Assembly: GCA_902472305.1 (NCBI GenBank)
Contig: CABRNK010000004.1
Span: forward strand, 15,395-79,394
DNA length: 64,000 nucleotides
DNA from: an uncultured Oscillospiraceae bacterium
GTDB lineage: Bacteria > Bacillota > Clostridia > Oscillospirales > Acutalibacteraceae
Reading direction: 5' to 3'
The notes beneath the pieces were generated by a model that made no database searches, was not told the DNA's origin, and worked only from the letters and a program-made list of their open reading frames with translations. Position numbers and translations under genes: made by a program. Positions 30,493-39,304 of the stretch are shown here, piece by piece (the first letter of the stretch is position 1; every line of letters begins with the position of its first letter).

Positions 30493-31863
30493 ATGGCAAG
30501 AGTATTTTCAAGACTGACGTTTCATTCATACAGCGCCAAGCTCAATCAGGGCTTTCAGTGGGCGATGCGTCAGGCGTTGAGCTATGTGCATTCAGGCGGT
30601 GACCCGGTGGGATATTGGTATGAAGCGGCTCTCCCCGGGCGGGATGCCTTCTGTATGCGGGATGTTTCCCATCAGTCATCCGGGGCGGCGGCCATGGGAT
30701 TTTCCGCCCACAACCTCAATATGGCTCAGAAATTTGCCGCCTCCATCAGCGAGGGCAAGGACTACTGCTGCTTTTGGGAGATTAATCGGGAGGGTCTTCC
30801 CGCGCCGGCAGATTACCAGAGTGACGAGAACTTTTGGTATAACCTTCCCGCCAGCTTCGATCTGCTGGACTGCTGCATGCGAATGTATCAGTGGACCGGC
30901 GACCAGAGGTGGCTTGATGACCCTGTTCTGCGGCGGTTTTATGATCTGACCATGCACGAATATATTGCCCGCTGGGATAAAAACGGCGACGGCATCCCTG
31001 AGCGAGCTGTGGCCGGAAGCGTCCGGGGCATTCCTTCTTACGACGAATCGGGCCATTCCGATGCGCTGATGATGAATGATCTGCTGGGCTGTCAGGCCGC
31101 CGGCTGCGACGCCTACGCCTTTTTCTGCCAGATGACGGGGAGGGAGAAAGAAGCGGAGGACTTTCGAGCCGAGGGGAAGCGAATCCGCAGCCTCTTGGAA
31201 ACCCAGTGGTGGGATGAAGCTGCTGGCCGTTATTTTACGATCTGTCAACCCGACGGCAGCCTGATCCACAAAGGGAAAAATGACCTTTCCGCCTCCCTGA
31301 TTTTTGACGGTGCGCTGCGGATCCCAGAGCGGCTTTTGGGAATGCTGGATCAGATTGACAGCACGTCCCAGCGGTGGCAGATTGAAGGGCTCTCCCACTG
31401 CCCCATGTACTTCTATCCCTACGGCCAAAAGGAACGGGGCATGAAGTGGCTGCTCAGGCTGCTGGATCCTGATGTTCCCAGAAGAGAGTATCCCGAGGGA
31501 TCCTTTTCGGTGGTAATCGCCTTGGCAGAGGGGCTTTTGGGCCTGACTCCCATTTGGAACACTGGGACGCTCCAGACTGTTTCGAGCCTGGATCAGAGCC
31601 TTTCTTTCGCGGAAATGAAGCATATTTCCGTGTTTGGGGGCGAAATTGACCTGCGGCAGGAAGAGAGCGCTTCCGTGCTCACCAACCGCACAGGCAGAGA
31701 GATCCAGTGGAAAGCAGGGTTTGATGGATGTCACAAAACCCTCTTGGTCAACGGGGAGCAGAGGTGTGCTGTCCAAGAAACAATTAATGTTATTCGGGGC
31801 TGCAGTTTCTGCACTGTGCCCCTGAAAGAGGGCGAAACAGCTCGAGTGGAGGCAAAGGGATAG
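30493..31863 (+). CDS. hypothetical protein, possible glycoside hydrolase-like (alpha/alpha toroid type)
   Basis: AAAGGAGGACCGACT RBS then ATG MARVFSRL; about 456 aa; no confident family. Confidence 0.35.
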   Translation: MARVFSRLTFHSYSAKLNQGFQWAMRQALSYVHSGGDPVGYWYEAALPGRDAFCMRDVSHQSSGAAAMGFSAHNLNMAQKFAASISEGKDYCCFWEINREGLPAPADYQSDENFWYNLPASFDLLDCCMRMYQWTGDQRWLDDPVLRRFYDLTMHEYIARWDKNGDGIPERAVAGSVRGIPSYDESGHSDALMMNDLLGCQAAGCDAYAFFCQMTGREKEAEDFRAEGKRIRSLLETQWWDEAAGRYFTICQPDGSLIHKGKNDLSASLIFDGALRIPERLLGMLDQIDSTSQRWQIEGLSHCPMYFYPYGQKERGMKWLLRLLDPDVPRREYPEGSFSVVIALAEGLLGLTPIWNTGTLQTVSSLDQSLSFAEMKHISVFGGEIDLRQEESASVLTNRTGREIQWKAGFDGCHKTLLVNGEQRCAVQETINVIRGCSFCTVPLKEGETARVEAKG

Positions 31864-32097
31864 AAGGAACGAGAGAAAATCCGGCTGAGGCTTTTTTTGC
31901 CCGATGGATGGCGGCTAATGGACAAAGTTACATCCACAGCGGGGAAAATTAAAATAAAGTGCCCCGCTGCCGCCGTGTGATTACAGTTGACCTGTATCTG
32001 CGAAAGGGCAGACCCCTGTACCAAACAGCGCGTCAGGGATATATTGTAAGGCTTCGTACCGAGCAATGGGTCCGCGGGAAACCGTGAGTCACCAAAA

Positions 32098-32161
32098 GGC
32101 CGGACGTGGAGAGGAAAATCTCTAGTTTGAGCTTTTCTCCTCATGTCCGGCCTTTTTTTTG
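32098..32161 (+). terminator. strong intrinsic terminator with no upstream ORF (orphan terminator or 3' end of an sRNA)
   Basis: ggccggacgtggagaggaaaa...ttttctcctcatgtccggcc plus a T9 run. Confidence 0.5.
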
Positions 32162-32367
32162 TTGTTTCGGTTCCGGAAATGGAGCAAGCGATGGCCTTAT
32201 ATCAGTGGCAGGAGGCGTTCTGCCGGTATCCCTGACTTTCCGATTTTCTCCCACAGAAAAATCGGAAAGGAGTCAGAGGCCTGAAGCGCGCCTATCATTT
32301 TGTCAACGAAACCGTAGAAATTGAAGTTGAGGAAAAGTGGGATCAGGGTCTAAAAGAGCTTGACCGT

Positions 32368-32700
32368 TTGGAGTACAACAACAATCCAAAAGAGACACGT
32401 CGGCATTCCTCCTTGGATGACCCGAGTGGAAAGGGCGGTCACATTCCCTGTGAGGACAATTTGGAGGAGATGGCGGAGCGTCTGGAGGAAATTGAGGCGT
32501 TAAAACAGGCGGTAGTCACTCTGGGGCAAACGCAAAAGGTCTTGCTTCGAAGGGTCTACATCCTAGAGGAAAAGCAATCGGAAATTGTCAGGAGAGGGGG
32601 GGCAGCGGGCGGCCATATCCAAACGGCTCGACAGGGTTTGCAGGCTGCTGAAAAAATTTTTTGAAAAATCTTAAAAACAGGCAGAAAGATTTCCAGTTCC
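32368..32700 (+). pseudogene. small sigma-70 region-4-like HTH gene disrupted by a frameshift in a G7 run (32596-32602)
   Basis: In-frame ...LKQAVVTLGQTQKVLLRRVYILEEKQSEIVRR then garbage. The alternative frame after the G-run reads QRAAISKRLDRVCRLLKKFFEKS*, a typical ending. Confidence 0.45.
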
Positions 32701-32838
32701 CGTGGCTTATAGATAGAAGGACTTTTTCGGAGGGCTTCCCCGCCGGAAAGTCTTTCCCAGAACCATGACAACTGAATACGCACTTCATCCAGTCGATTCC
32801 CACCGTGAGATTGAGGAGCCAAAGCCAAATAAAAAACT

Positions 32839-34047
32839 ATGATGGAAATCATGGAGAAAACAAAAAAAGTTGATAGCGAAACTACTGTCCTATATGTGTG
32901 TCTTTCCAGAGTGGAAGGAGAAAGCAATTCCATTTCCAACCCAAAGGCTATGCCGACGGATTACGCGAAACGGCACAAATACAAGAATGTCCGTATTTTC
33001 GTGGACGATAGTGTTTCCGGTGTCACCGTGAAGCGAAATGGATTCCAGAAGATGATGGCTTTGGTGGAGGCGGGAAAAGCCTCCGCTGTAATCGTTAAGG
33101 GTCTGCCCCGTCTGGGGCGGAATTATCTAGAGGTTGTACAAGCTCACGGAAACTGTTTTCTCTTGCACAACGTTCACTTCATCGCCGTCAACAATGGGGT
33201 GGACAGCGAGCAGGGCGAGGACGACTTTATCCCCCCCTTTTTTCCATAATATTATGAACGAGTGGTACGCCAAGGACATGAGCCGAAAAATGCGCTCCAG
33301 TATACGGACGAAAAGCAAACAGGGGTACGCCATTGGACGGCCTCCTCTGGGATATATGCACGATGCAGAAAACCCGAAACTCTGGTATGAGAAGGTGCTG
33401 ATCCCCTCCATCTATGCCGAGCGGAAGGGCTTTAAGAAACCCATCCGGCGGGCTACCCGGGGAGAGTAGCAATGGGACACCAGCATGGTGCGCCAGATTT
33501 TGCACAATCAGGGGTGTCCACGATGCCATCATCTCTCGAGGGGATTGGGAGGCCGTCCAAAAGACCTTTAGAGACACAAAATATAGAAAGCCGTTGCACA
33601 TGGAGAAAAATATGTTTTGCGGCTACCTCAAGTACTCCGGCTGCGGCGTAAATCTCAACTACATACACCCATGACAACCCGGACAACACTACGTTTCCTG
33701 CCGCAATAAACGGGCAGGAAACAGCCTTTGCAGCAAAACCCAGCACATCCGGGTGGGTACTTTACGAGAAGTTGTTTGAAGAAAAAATCCTCGGCAATCT
33801 CACCGAGGAACGTTTCAAGAAGTTGTCTGAGAAATACGAGGATGAGCAGGCCGAGCTGACTCAGCACATCCGGCACATGAAAAAAGTGGTGGCGGAGGAG
33901 CAAAAGCATGAGCTGAACGCCGAGGGATTCCTCCGGCTGGTACGGAAATGCACCGATATTGAGATGCTGATCCCGAAAATCCTCCGGGAGTTCATTGACA
34001 AGGTTGTGGTGCATCACCGGGAGAAGCAAGGGAAAGAAACTGTGTAG
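32839..34047 (+). pseudogene. large serine recombinase, multiply frameshifted/deleted
   Basis: Resolvase N-domain LYVCLSRVEGES...VKGLPRLGRNYLEVVQAH...FIAVNNGVDSEQGEDDF. Frame switch at C7T6 (33231-33243) into NIMNEWYAKDMSRKMRSSIRTKSKQGYAIGRPPLGY. Later fragments WDTSMVRQILHNQ, GVHDAIISRGDWEAVQ and a C-terminal coiled-coil LIPKILREFIDKVVVHHREK. Confidence 0.6.
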
Positions 34048-34184
34048 CAGGTAGATATATACTACTGCTTCATTGGCCATGTGGAACTGCCTAAGCGGAG
34101 CAAGCCCCGGCGGGAGGCGTATTTGCTCAGTTTTAGCCGTGAAAAAGAAGAAAGCCAAAGTGCCTAAAGCACTGAGGCTTACAT

Positions 34185-34228
34185 AAAAAGAAAATACCCA
34201 CAGGGGCTCAGGCCCCTTATGGGTATTC
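34185..34228 (-). terminator. intrinsic terminator of the tRNA operon
   Basis: aatacccacaggggc-tcag-gcccctTatgggtatt hairpin followed (on the minus strand) by a T-rich run. Confidence 0.6.
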
Positions 34229-34232
34229 ACTA

Positions 34233-34310
34233 TGGGGTGAATGATGGGACTTGAACCCACGGTCTCCAGAGCCACAATCTGGCGCTTTAGCCAACTAAGC
34301 TACATCCACC
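34233..34310 (-). tRNA. tRNA-His (GTG)
   Basis: Hand-folded cloverleaf: acceptor GGTGGAT/ATTCACC, anticodon loop TTGTGGC, T-loop GGTTCAAGTCC, CCA encoded. Confidence 0.75.
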
Positions 34311-34313
34311 ATA

Positions 34314-34390
34314 TGGCGCGCCAAAAGGGACTCGAACCCCTGACCTACTGCTTAGAAGGCAGTTGCTCTATCCAGCTGAGCTATTGGCGC
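34314..34390 (-). tRNA. tRNA-Arg (TCT)
   Basis: Acceptor GCGCCAA/TTGGCGC, anticodon stem ACTGC/GCAGT with loop CTTCTAA, T-loop GGTTCGAGTCC, CCA encoded. Confidence 0.75.
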
Positions 34391-34430
34391 TTATCGCAGG
34401 CGCCTTCGGCGCTTTGTCCCTTTTCCGGGC

Positions 34431-34504
34431 TGGAGCGGGTGATGGGAATCGAACCCACACGACCAGCTTGGAAGGCTGGGATTCTACCATTGAACTACAC
34501 CCGC
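34431..34504 (-). tRNA. tRNA-Gly (TCC)
   Basis: Acceptor GCGGGTG/CACCCGC, anticodon loop CTTCCAA, T-loop GGTTCGATTCC, CCA encoded. Confidence 0.75.
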
Positions 34505-34523
34505 ACAATTTGCGACACTAGGA

Positions 34524-34552
34524 ATTATAGCACAGATGCTTGTGCGCGTCAA
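34524..34552 (-). promoter_or_regulatory. near-consensus sigma-A promoter for the tRNA operon (TTGACG-17-TATAAT on minus strand)
   Basis: Reverse complement reads TTGACGcgcacaagcatctgtgcTATAAT about 20 nt upstream of the tRNA-Gly 5' end. Confidence 0.55.
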
Positions 34553-34708
34553 CCGCTTTTACAGACTTTTTTCTGTTTTTTTGCGCGCAAAATTTTTGTC
34601 CGGCAAGACGCATGTTGACAAAAATAGTCTCATATGATACGATATTCTGGAAACCGGAGGTGCTGCGGGTCTTTGCCGCCGCCGTTCGGCGCAGAAAGGG
34701 GTGTCGGC

Positions 34709-35395
34709 GTGGCGGCAGAGCAGAAAACTGGAGGGGACGCATTGCAGGCGGCTTTTTCCGAATGCCCGCTGTTTTCCGGCATGGATGCCTCGGCCTGCGG
34801 CGCTTTTCTGCGGGTGTTTCACCGCGGCGAAACGATCAGCGCGGTGCAGGACGGCGTGCCCTGTGTCGGCGTGCTCGCGTTCGGCGAGGCGGACGTCTAC
34901 ACGCGCGGCGCGGCGTCCGGCGCACAGCAGAATGTTTCGACGCTGCATCCCGGCAGTGCGTTCGGCATCTGCAACGTCTTTATAGAGCGCGATATGCCGA
35001 CGTACCTGCACTGCAAGGTGCGCACCGGTGTGGCGTTTCTGCCGGCGGCGCGTTTTACGGCGCTCCTGCGGGAGGACGGCGCGCTTCTGCGGCGCTATCT
35101 GACGCTCTGCAACGAGAAAATCCTGTATCTTGCCGATAAGATCGATCTGATGGGTGTTTCCGGCTGCTGCGCACGTGTGGCGGCATATCTGCTGCGCGAG
35201 GCGGACGAAACGGGTGCGGTGCGCACCTGCGTTTCCAAAGAGCAGCTCGCAAAGTACCTCAGCGTGTCGCGGGCCAGCCTGTTCCGCGCGCTCGGCGAGC
35301 TCACCGCGCAGGGTGTTATCGTGCAAACCGCCGCAGGCTTTCAAATACTGGATCTATCTGCGCTCAGCCGCGCATGCGGCGGCGCCGGAGAATAA
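34709..35395 (+). CDS. Crp/Fnr family transcriptional regulator
   Basis: cNMP-binding-like N-domain and C-terminal HTH SKEQLAKYLSVSRASLFRALGELTAQGVI. Start assigned to a GTG after AAAGGGG; the start is uncertain. Confidence 0.55.
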   Translation: MAAEQKTGGDALQAAFSECPLFSGMDASACGAFLRVFHRGETISAVQDGVPCVGVLAFGEADVYTRGAASGAQQNVSTLHPGSAFGICNVFIERDMPTYLHCKVRTGVAFLPAARFTALLREDGALLRRYLTLCNEKILYLADKIDLMGVSGCCARVAAYLLREADETGAVRTCVSKEQLAKYLSVSRASLFRALGELTAQGVIVQTAAGFQILDLSALSRACGGAGE

Positions 35396-35436
35396 AATTT
35401 TGCGGCGGATGCCGCAGCGGAAAGGAATTTACAGCT

Positions 35437-36516
35437 ATGAAGAAATTTGCAGCCGTTTTACTGGCGGCTTTGTTCTGCGTCGCGTCCTTTGCGGCGTGCG
35501 CGCAGAGTGGGGGGAGTGCGGCGGCAGAGTCGTCCGCGCAGGCGCCCGAGTCCTCCGCGCCGGAGGAAAGCGCGGAGAGCGCAGAGGGCTCCGACACGGT
35601 TGGGGTCACCGCAGAGCCGGCGAGCTATGCAGTCGCGTCCCTGAAGGGCCCGACGACGATGGGTATGGTCAAGCTGATGCAGGACGCTGAAAACGGCGAA
35701 ACCTTCAACACCTACGACGTGGCGATGTACGGCACGGCGGATGAGATCACCGCGGGCATTGCGAACGGTACAATCGATATCGCGAACGTTCCCTGCAATC
35801 TTGCCTCGGTCCTCTACAACAAGACAGAGGGCGCGATTTCCGTGGCGGCGATCAACACGCTCGGCGTCCTGTACGTCGTGGAGACCGGCGACACGATCCA
35901 GTCGGTTGAGGATCTGCGCGGCAAGACGATCTACTCCACCGGCAAGGGTACGACGCCGGAATACGCGCTCAACTATATTTTGAACGCGAACGGGATCGAC
36001 CCGGAGAAGGATGTGACCATTGAGTATAAATCTGAGTCAACCGAGGTTGCGGCCGTGCTCGCAGACGCCGAGGATGCCATCGCGGTTCTGCCCCAGCCGT
36101 TTGTCACCACGGCGATGATGCAGAACGAAAACCTGCGCATCGCGCTGAGCCTGACGGACGAGTGGGATGCCGTGCAGGGCGAGGGCGGCAGCACGCTTGT
36201 CACAGGCGTCACGATCGTCCGCAACGCAGTGCTCGAGGAAAATCCGCAGGCGTTCGCCGAGTTTATGAAGGAGTACGAGGCCTCGATCGCCTACACCGAG
36301 ACGAACCCGGAGGAAGCCGCCGCGCTGATCGCCGGCTATGAGATCGTGCCGAAGGAGCCGGTCGCGCTCAAGGCGCTGCCTTACTGCAACATCCGCTTTG
36401 TCGCGGGCGACGAGATGAAAGCGAAAGTTTCGGGCTACCTCGAGGTGCTCTTTGACGCCGATCCGAAGTCTGTCGGCGGCACGCTGCCCGACGACGCGTT
36501 CTACTATGCGGGCTGA
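35437..36516 (+). CDS. ABC transporter substrate-binding lipoprotein, NitT/TauT (SsuA/ThiY-like) family
   Basis: MKKFAAVLLAALFCVASFAACAQSGG lipobox. Confidence 0.7.
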   Translation: MKKFAAVLLAALFCVASFAACAQSGGSAAAESSAQAPESSAPEESAESAEGSDTVGVTAEPASYAVASLKGPTTMGMVKLMQDAENGETFNTYDVAMYGTADEITAGIANGTIDIANVPCNLASVLYNKTEGAISVAAINTLGVLYVVETGDTIQSVEDLRGKTIYSTGKGTTPEYALNYILNANGIDPEKDVTIEYKSESTEVAAVLADAEDAIAVLPQPFVTTAMMQNENLRIALSLTDEWDAVQGEGGSTLVTGVTIVRNAVLEENPQAFAEFMKEYEASIAYTETNPEEAAALIAGYEIVPKEPVALKALPYCNIRFVAGDEMKAKVSGYLEVLFDADPKSVGGTLPDDAFYYAG

Positions 36517-37300
36517 GCGGCGAAAAAGTAAAAAACAGCGGGCCACAGCCACCCTTTTTGCGGTGGCTTTTTGGCTTTTCGTGTGGCACGCGGCGAGCGC
36601 GGCGGTCGGCTCCGAGATCATTTTGGTATCGCCGCTCGGCGTTTTGCGCACGCTCGTCTCGGTGGTCTTTGACCCGGGCTTTCTCCCAACGGTCGGCTAC
36701 TCGGCCGTGCGCATCATCGGCGGCTTTTTCATCGCGATGGCGCTCGGTGTCGTGCTCGGGTGGGTATCCTCCCGGTTCTGGGTTGTGGAAACGCTGCTGC
36801 GGCCGGTCACGGCGGTCATCAAGGCGACGCCGGTCGCGTCGTTTATCATCCTCGTTCTGCTGTGGTTTTCGAGCCGGAACCTCTCCGTTATCATTTCGGT
36901 GCTGATGGTTTTCCCTGTCATCTACACAAACACGCTCGAGGGCATTCAGAGCGCAGACCCGAAACTGCTCGAGATGGCGAAGGTGTTCCGCATGTCCGCG
37001 CCGCGCCGGCTGCTGTATATCTACCTGCCGGCGGTGATTCCATTCTTCGTCTCGGCGTGCTCGGTCTCGCTCGGGCTGTGCTGGAAAAGCGGCATCGCCG
37101 CGGAGGTCATCGGCATTCCGGACGGCTCGGTCGGCGAGCTGCTCTACAATGCGAAAATTTACCTGCAAACCGGCGAGCTGCTCGCGTGGACGGTCGTGAT
37201 CGTCGCGGTGAGCGTGCTTTTTGAAAAGCTCTTCATGCTGCTTTTGCGCGCAGCCGTGAAAAAGCTCGGGATGGGAGGTGCTCTGCGTGGCAAGGGCTGA
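36506..37300 (+). CDS. ABC transporter permease (SsuC/TauC-type)
   Basis: ATG overlaps the SBP stop; six TM helices; weak RBS, so the start is approximate. Confidence 0.7.
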   Translation: MRAERRKSKKQRATATLFAVAFWLFVWHAASAAVGSEIILVSPLGVLRTLVSVVFDPGFLPTVGYSAVRIIGGFFIAMALGVVLGWVSSRFWVVETLLRPVTAVIKATPVASFIILVLLWFSSRNLSVIISVLMVFPVIYTNTLEGIQSADPKLLEMAKVFRMSAPRRLLYIYLPAVIPFFVSACSVSLGLCWKSGIAAEVIGIPDGSVGELLYNAKIYLQTGELLAWTVVIVAVSVLFEKLFMLLLRAAVKKLGMGGALRGKG

Positions 37301-37892
37301 AAATTTGACTGTAAAATACGGGGAAACCGCCGTGCTCGACCAGTTTTCGGCCGATTTCCCAGACGGTGCCGTGACGGCGGTCTCGGGAAGATCGGGCTGC
37401 GGAAAGACGACGCTGCTCGCGGTGCTGCTCGGCCTGCTCCGGCCGGATGCCGGGGCGTTTTCCGGCTTCCAGAGGCCGAGCGCCGTTTTTCAGGAGGACC
37501 GGCTCCTGCCGTTCCTCAGCGCGGCGGGGAATATCGCCGTGGCGGCGGGCTGCACGGAGGCGGAGGCCGCGGCGGCGCTTTGTTCGGTCGGCTTTGACAA
37601 TGCGGACAGCGAAAAGCGCGGCTTCGAGCTTTCGGGCGGCATGGCGCGCCGCGTGGCGATCGTCCGCGCGATGCTGGCGCAGGGCGACGCGGTCTTGCTC
37701 GATGAGCCGTTCAAGGGGCTCGACGAGTGCACGCGGGAACAGGTCGTCCGGTTCGTCAACGAACGCCGCCGCGGGCGCACGATGGTCGTCGTGACGCACG
37801 ACCCGCGCGACGCTGAAGATCTGCACGCCGTGCATGCGGTGCAAATGGGCGGCCCCGAGGATGCCGCCCGCAGCGCGGGTGAAAAAGAATAG
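37287..37892 (+). CDS. ABC transporter ATP-binding protein
   Basis: Walker A GRSGCGKTT, signature LSGGMARR, Walker B VLLDEPF. GTG start after GGGAGG. Confidence 0.8.
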   Translation: MARAENLTVKYGETAVLDQFSADFPDGAVTAVSGRSGCGKTTLLAVLLGLLRPDAGAFSGFQRPSAVFQEDRLLPFLSAAGNIAVAAGCTEAEAAAALCSVGFDNADSEKRGFELSGGMARRVAIVRAMLAQGDAVLLDEPFKGLDECTREQVVRFVNERRRGRTMVVVTHDPRDAEDLHAVHAVQMGGPEDAARSAGEKE

Positions 37893-37907
37893 AAAGCGGC
37901 CGGGCAT

Positions 37908-38071
37908 TGATAAGAACCCAAAAGTCCTTTCACGAATAGGCCGAAAATAAGCAAAGGCTGCCCCAAATAGGAAACTATTTTTAAATGTTCACAAATTATT
38001 TACAAATGCAGTTTGTACAACCAGCCGAAAGGCGTCGAGCCTAACTTGGTTCGACGCCTTTCGATAAATGG
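37908..38071. repeat. direct repeat copy 1 (about 164 bp, roughly 90 percent identical to 39305..39469) containing a conserved hairpin
   Basis: Aligned by eye. Both copies start tgataagaac and end cgataaatgg. Shared hairpin gaaaggcgtcga(g/a)cctaacttg(g/a)ttcgacgcctttc. Confidence 0.85.
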
Positions 38072-38389
38072 GGGGACAAAATAGATACCAACTATAGGCG
38101 CGGGCACAAGACCATAGAAAAAATAAAGCCCCGCACGCGGACTGCGTGTCGAGGCTATCGACTGGGCTTACGCGACAAAAAAAGATACCCGTTGAAAATG
38201 AAAAATTCCGGGGCCGTTTTCGCATTATAATTTATTCATTTTTATTTTCTTGGGGTCCCCTTTTTGTAAAAGAGGACGATCCTGAAAAAACAGTTTAAAT
38301 GCTGGAATTTATGACATGAAAATAGCCGACGGTCTCACCATGCAACAGAGCTGTCGCGGCAGATCCGCACTTAAACCAGATTAGGAGAA

Positions 38390-38641
38390 TCAATTCTCAA
38401 ATTGCGCTTTAATCCGCTCATTTACCCGAGCGTCCATCCCATCCGGCAGCAGCACTAGATCTTCTTCCAAAATGGAAATCTCTGCGATGTCATCTTTTTC
38501 ACCGTATTGCGGAAAGTTTACTAACCAGTATCCCTCCGTGCGTTGTTCCAGACAAATCCAACCCTGCATCCCTTTGTGCACACCATCTTGTGCGTACTTC
38601 TCTTTTTCAACTATCACTTCAACACAATCCATCATTTTCAT
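38390..38641 (-). CDS. small acidic protein (82 aa), candidate immunity/antitoxin partner
   Basis: MKMMDCVEVIVEKEKYAQDG... The ATG lies 1-2 nt after the TAA of the upstream gene. The RBS GGAGGT is embedded in the upstream gene's last codons (Y-G-G-K). Coordinates are within 1 nt. Confidence 0.45.
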   Translation of the reverse strand: MKMMDCVEVIVEKEKYAQDGVHKGMQGWICLEQRTEGYWLVNFPQYGEKDDIAEISILEEDLVLLPDGMDARVNERIKAQFEN

Positions 38642-38642
38642 T

Positions 38643-39284
38643 TTATTTACCTCCATAAGGTGTCGTAAGTTTGAGGAGTCCATTTGGGTAAACCATCCAA
38701 CCGGATAAAAACGAAACCATTTTACCGCTGCCTTTTCTGGGTATTTCAATCCGAATGCTGATTCGCTGTCCATCTTTATTTAATTTTCCAAGCGTATAAT
38801 CTCCTGCAATATACTTTTCAAGAGCCTGCTTTTCTATTTCTGCTTGCAGCCACCGCGCGTCGGCAACCGTATAGCCCCAGCTTTCAAAGGCCCTGTTCTT
38901 TCCATGCTGATAAACATTGTCAGTGTCAAATAAGTAGGGATCAAATTTGCTGTAATCGCTGTATGTCGTTGCATCCATTAAAACCACCGTGTAATCAATT
39001 GGGTCTAAAGTACAGTGACAGAAAGGATGATGCGGCCACGTGGGCGACTTGCTTTTCAGAAACCAGCAGCCGTCCAGCTTTAAGCATACATCACAATGGT
39101 TTTTTCCTTCTGGATGGTGTGTCCACCGAATCCAGTCTGGCGTGGCAGATTTCTGAACAAAGAGGAAAACGGGCCATCGTTTGTGATAACTGCCGTTCAC
39201 TTCTGGCAGAGCTGGCAAAGATTTCGATACGGGTGATAGCTTATCATATGGCAAAACGTAACCACATGCTTTCTGGATATACAT
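38643..39284 (-). CDS. Phage Mu F / SPP1 gp7-like domain protein with unknown C-terminal domain (candidate MuF-type polymorphic toxin)
   Basis: AGGAGAT RBS then ATG MYIQKA. Motifs HCDVCLKLDGCWF and WPHHPFCHCTLDP resemble the MuF family R..H..LDG.vf and pp.HPNCRCT blocks. About 110 aa C-terminal region with no recognisable family. Confidence 0.5.
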   Translation of the reverse strand: MYIQKACGYVLPYDKLSPVSKSLPALPEVNGSYHKRWPVFLFVQKSATPDWIRWTHHPEGKNHCDVCLKLDGCWFLKSKSPTWPHHPFCHCTLDPIDYTVVLMDATTYSDYSKFDPYLFDTDNVYQHGKNRAFESWGYTVADARWLQAEIEKQALEKYIAGDYTLGKLNKDGQRISIRIEIPRKGSGKMVSFLSGWMVYPNGLLKLTTPYGGK

Positions 39285-39304
39285 TTAAACCATCTCCTAT
39301 TGAA

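Larger units (their letters stand above)
16546..34232. mobile_element. lower-GC genomic island / degraded integrative element adjacent to the tRNA-His/Arg/Gly cluster
   Basis: Composition is visibly lower GC than the flanks. One end carries a frameshifted serine recombinase and a sigma-r4-like gene next to the tRNA 3' ends; the other end carries ICE methylase fragments and decayed gene fragments. Confidence 0.5.
38072..39304. mobile_element. AT-rich 1.2 kb insertion between the direct repeats, abutting the tRNA-Gln 3' end
   Basis: Composition is much lower GC than the flanks. It sits between two repeat copies and carries a two-gene coupled module. Confidence 0.45.

Noticed and set aside
34314-34390. 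Possible amber-suppressor (CTA) reading of the second tRNA anticodon
   Set aside because: Re-folding with a 5-bp anticodon stem ACTGC/GCAGT puts TCT at positions 34-36 with U33 and A37. It is an ordinary tRNA-Arg(TCT).
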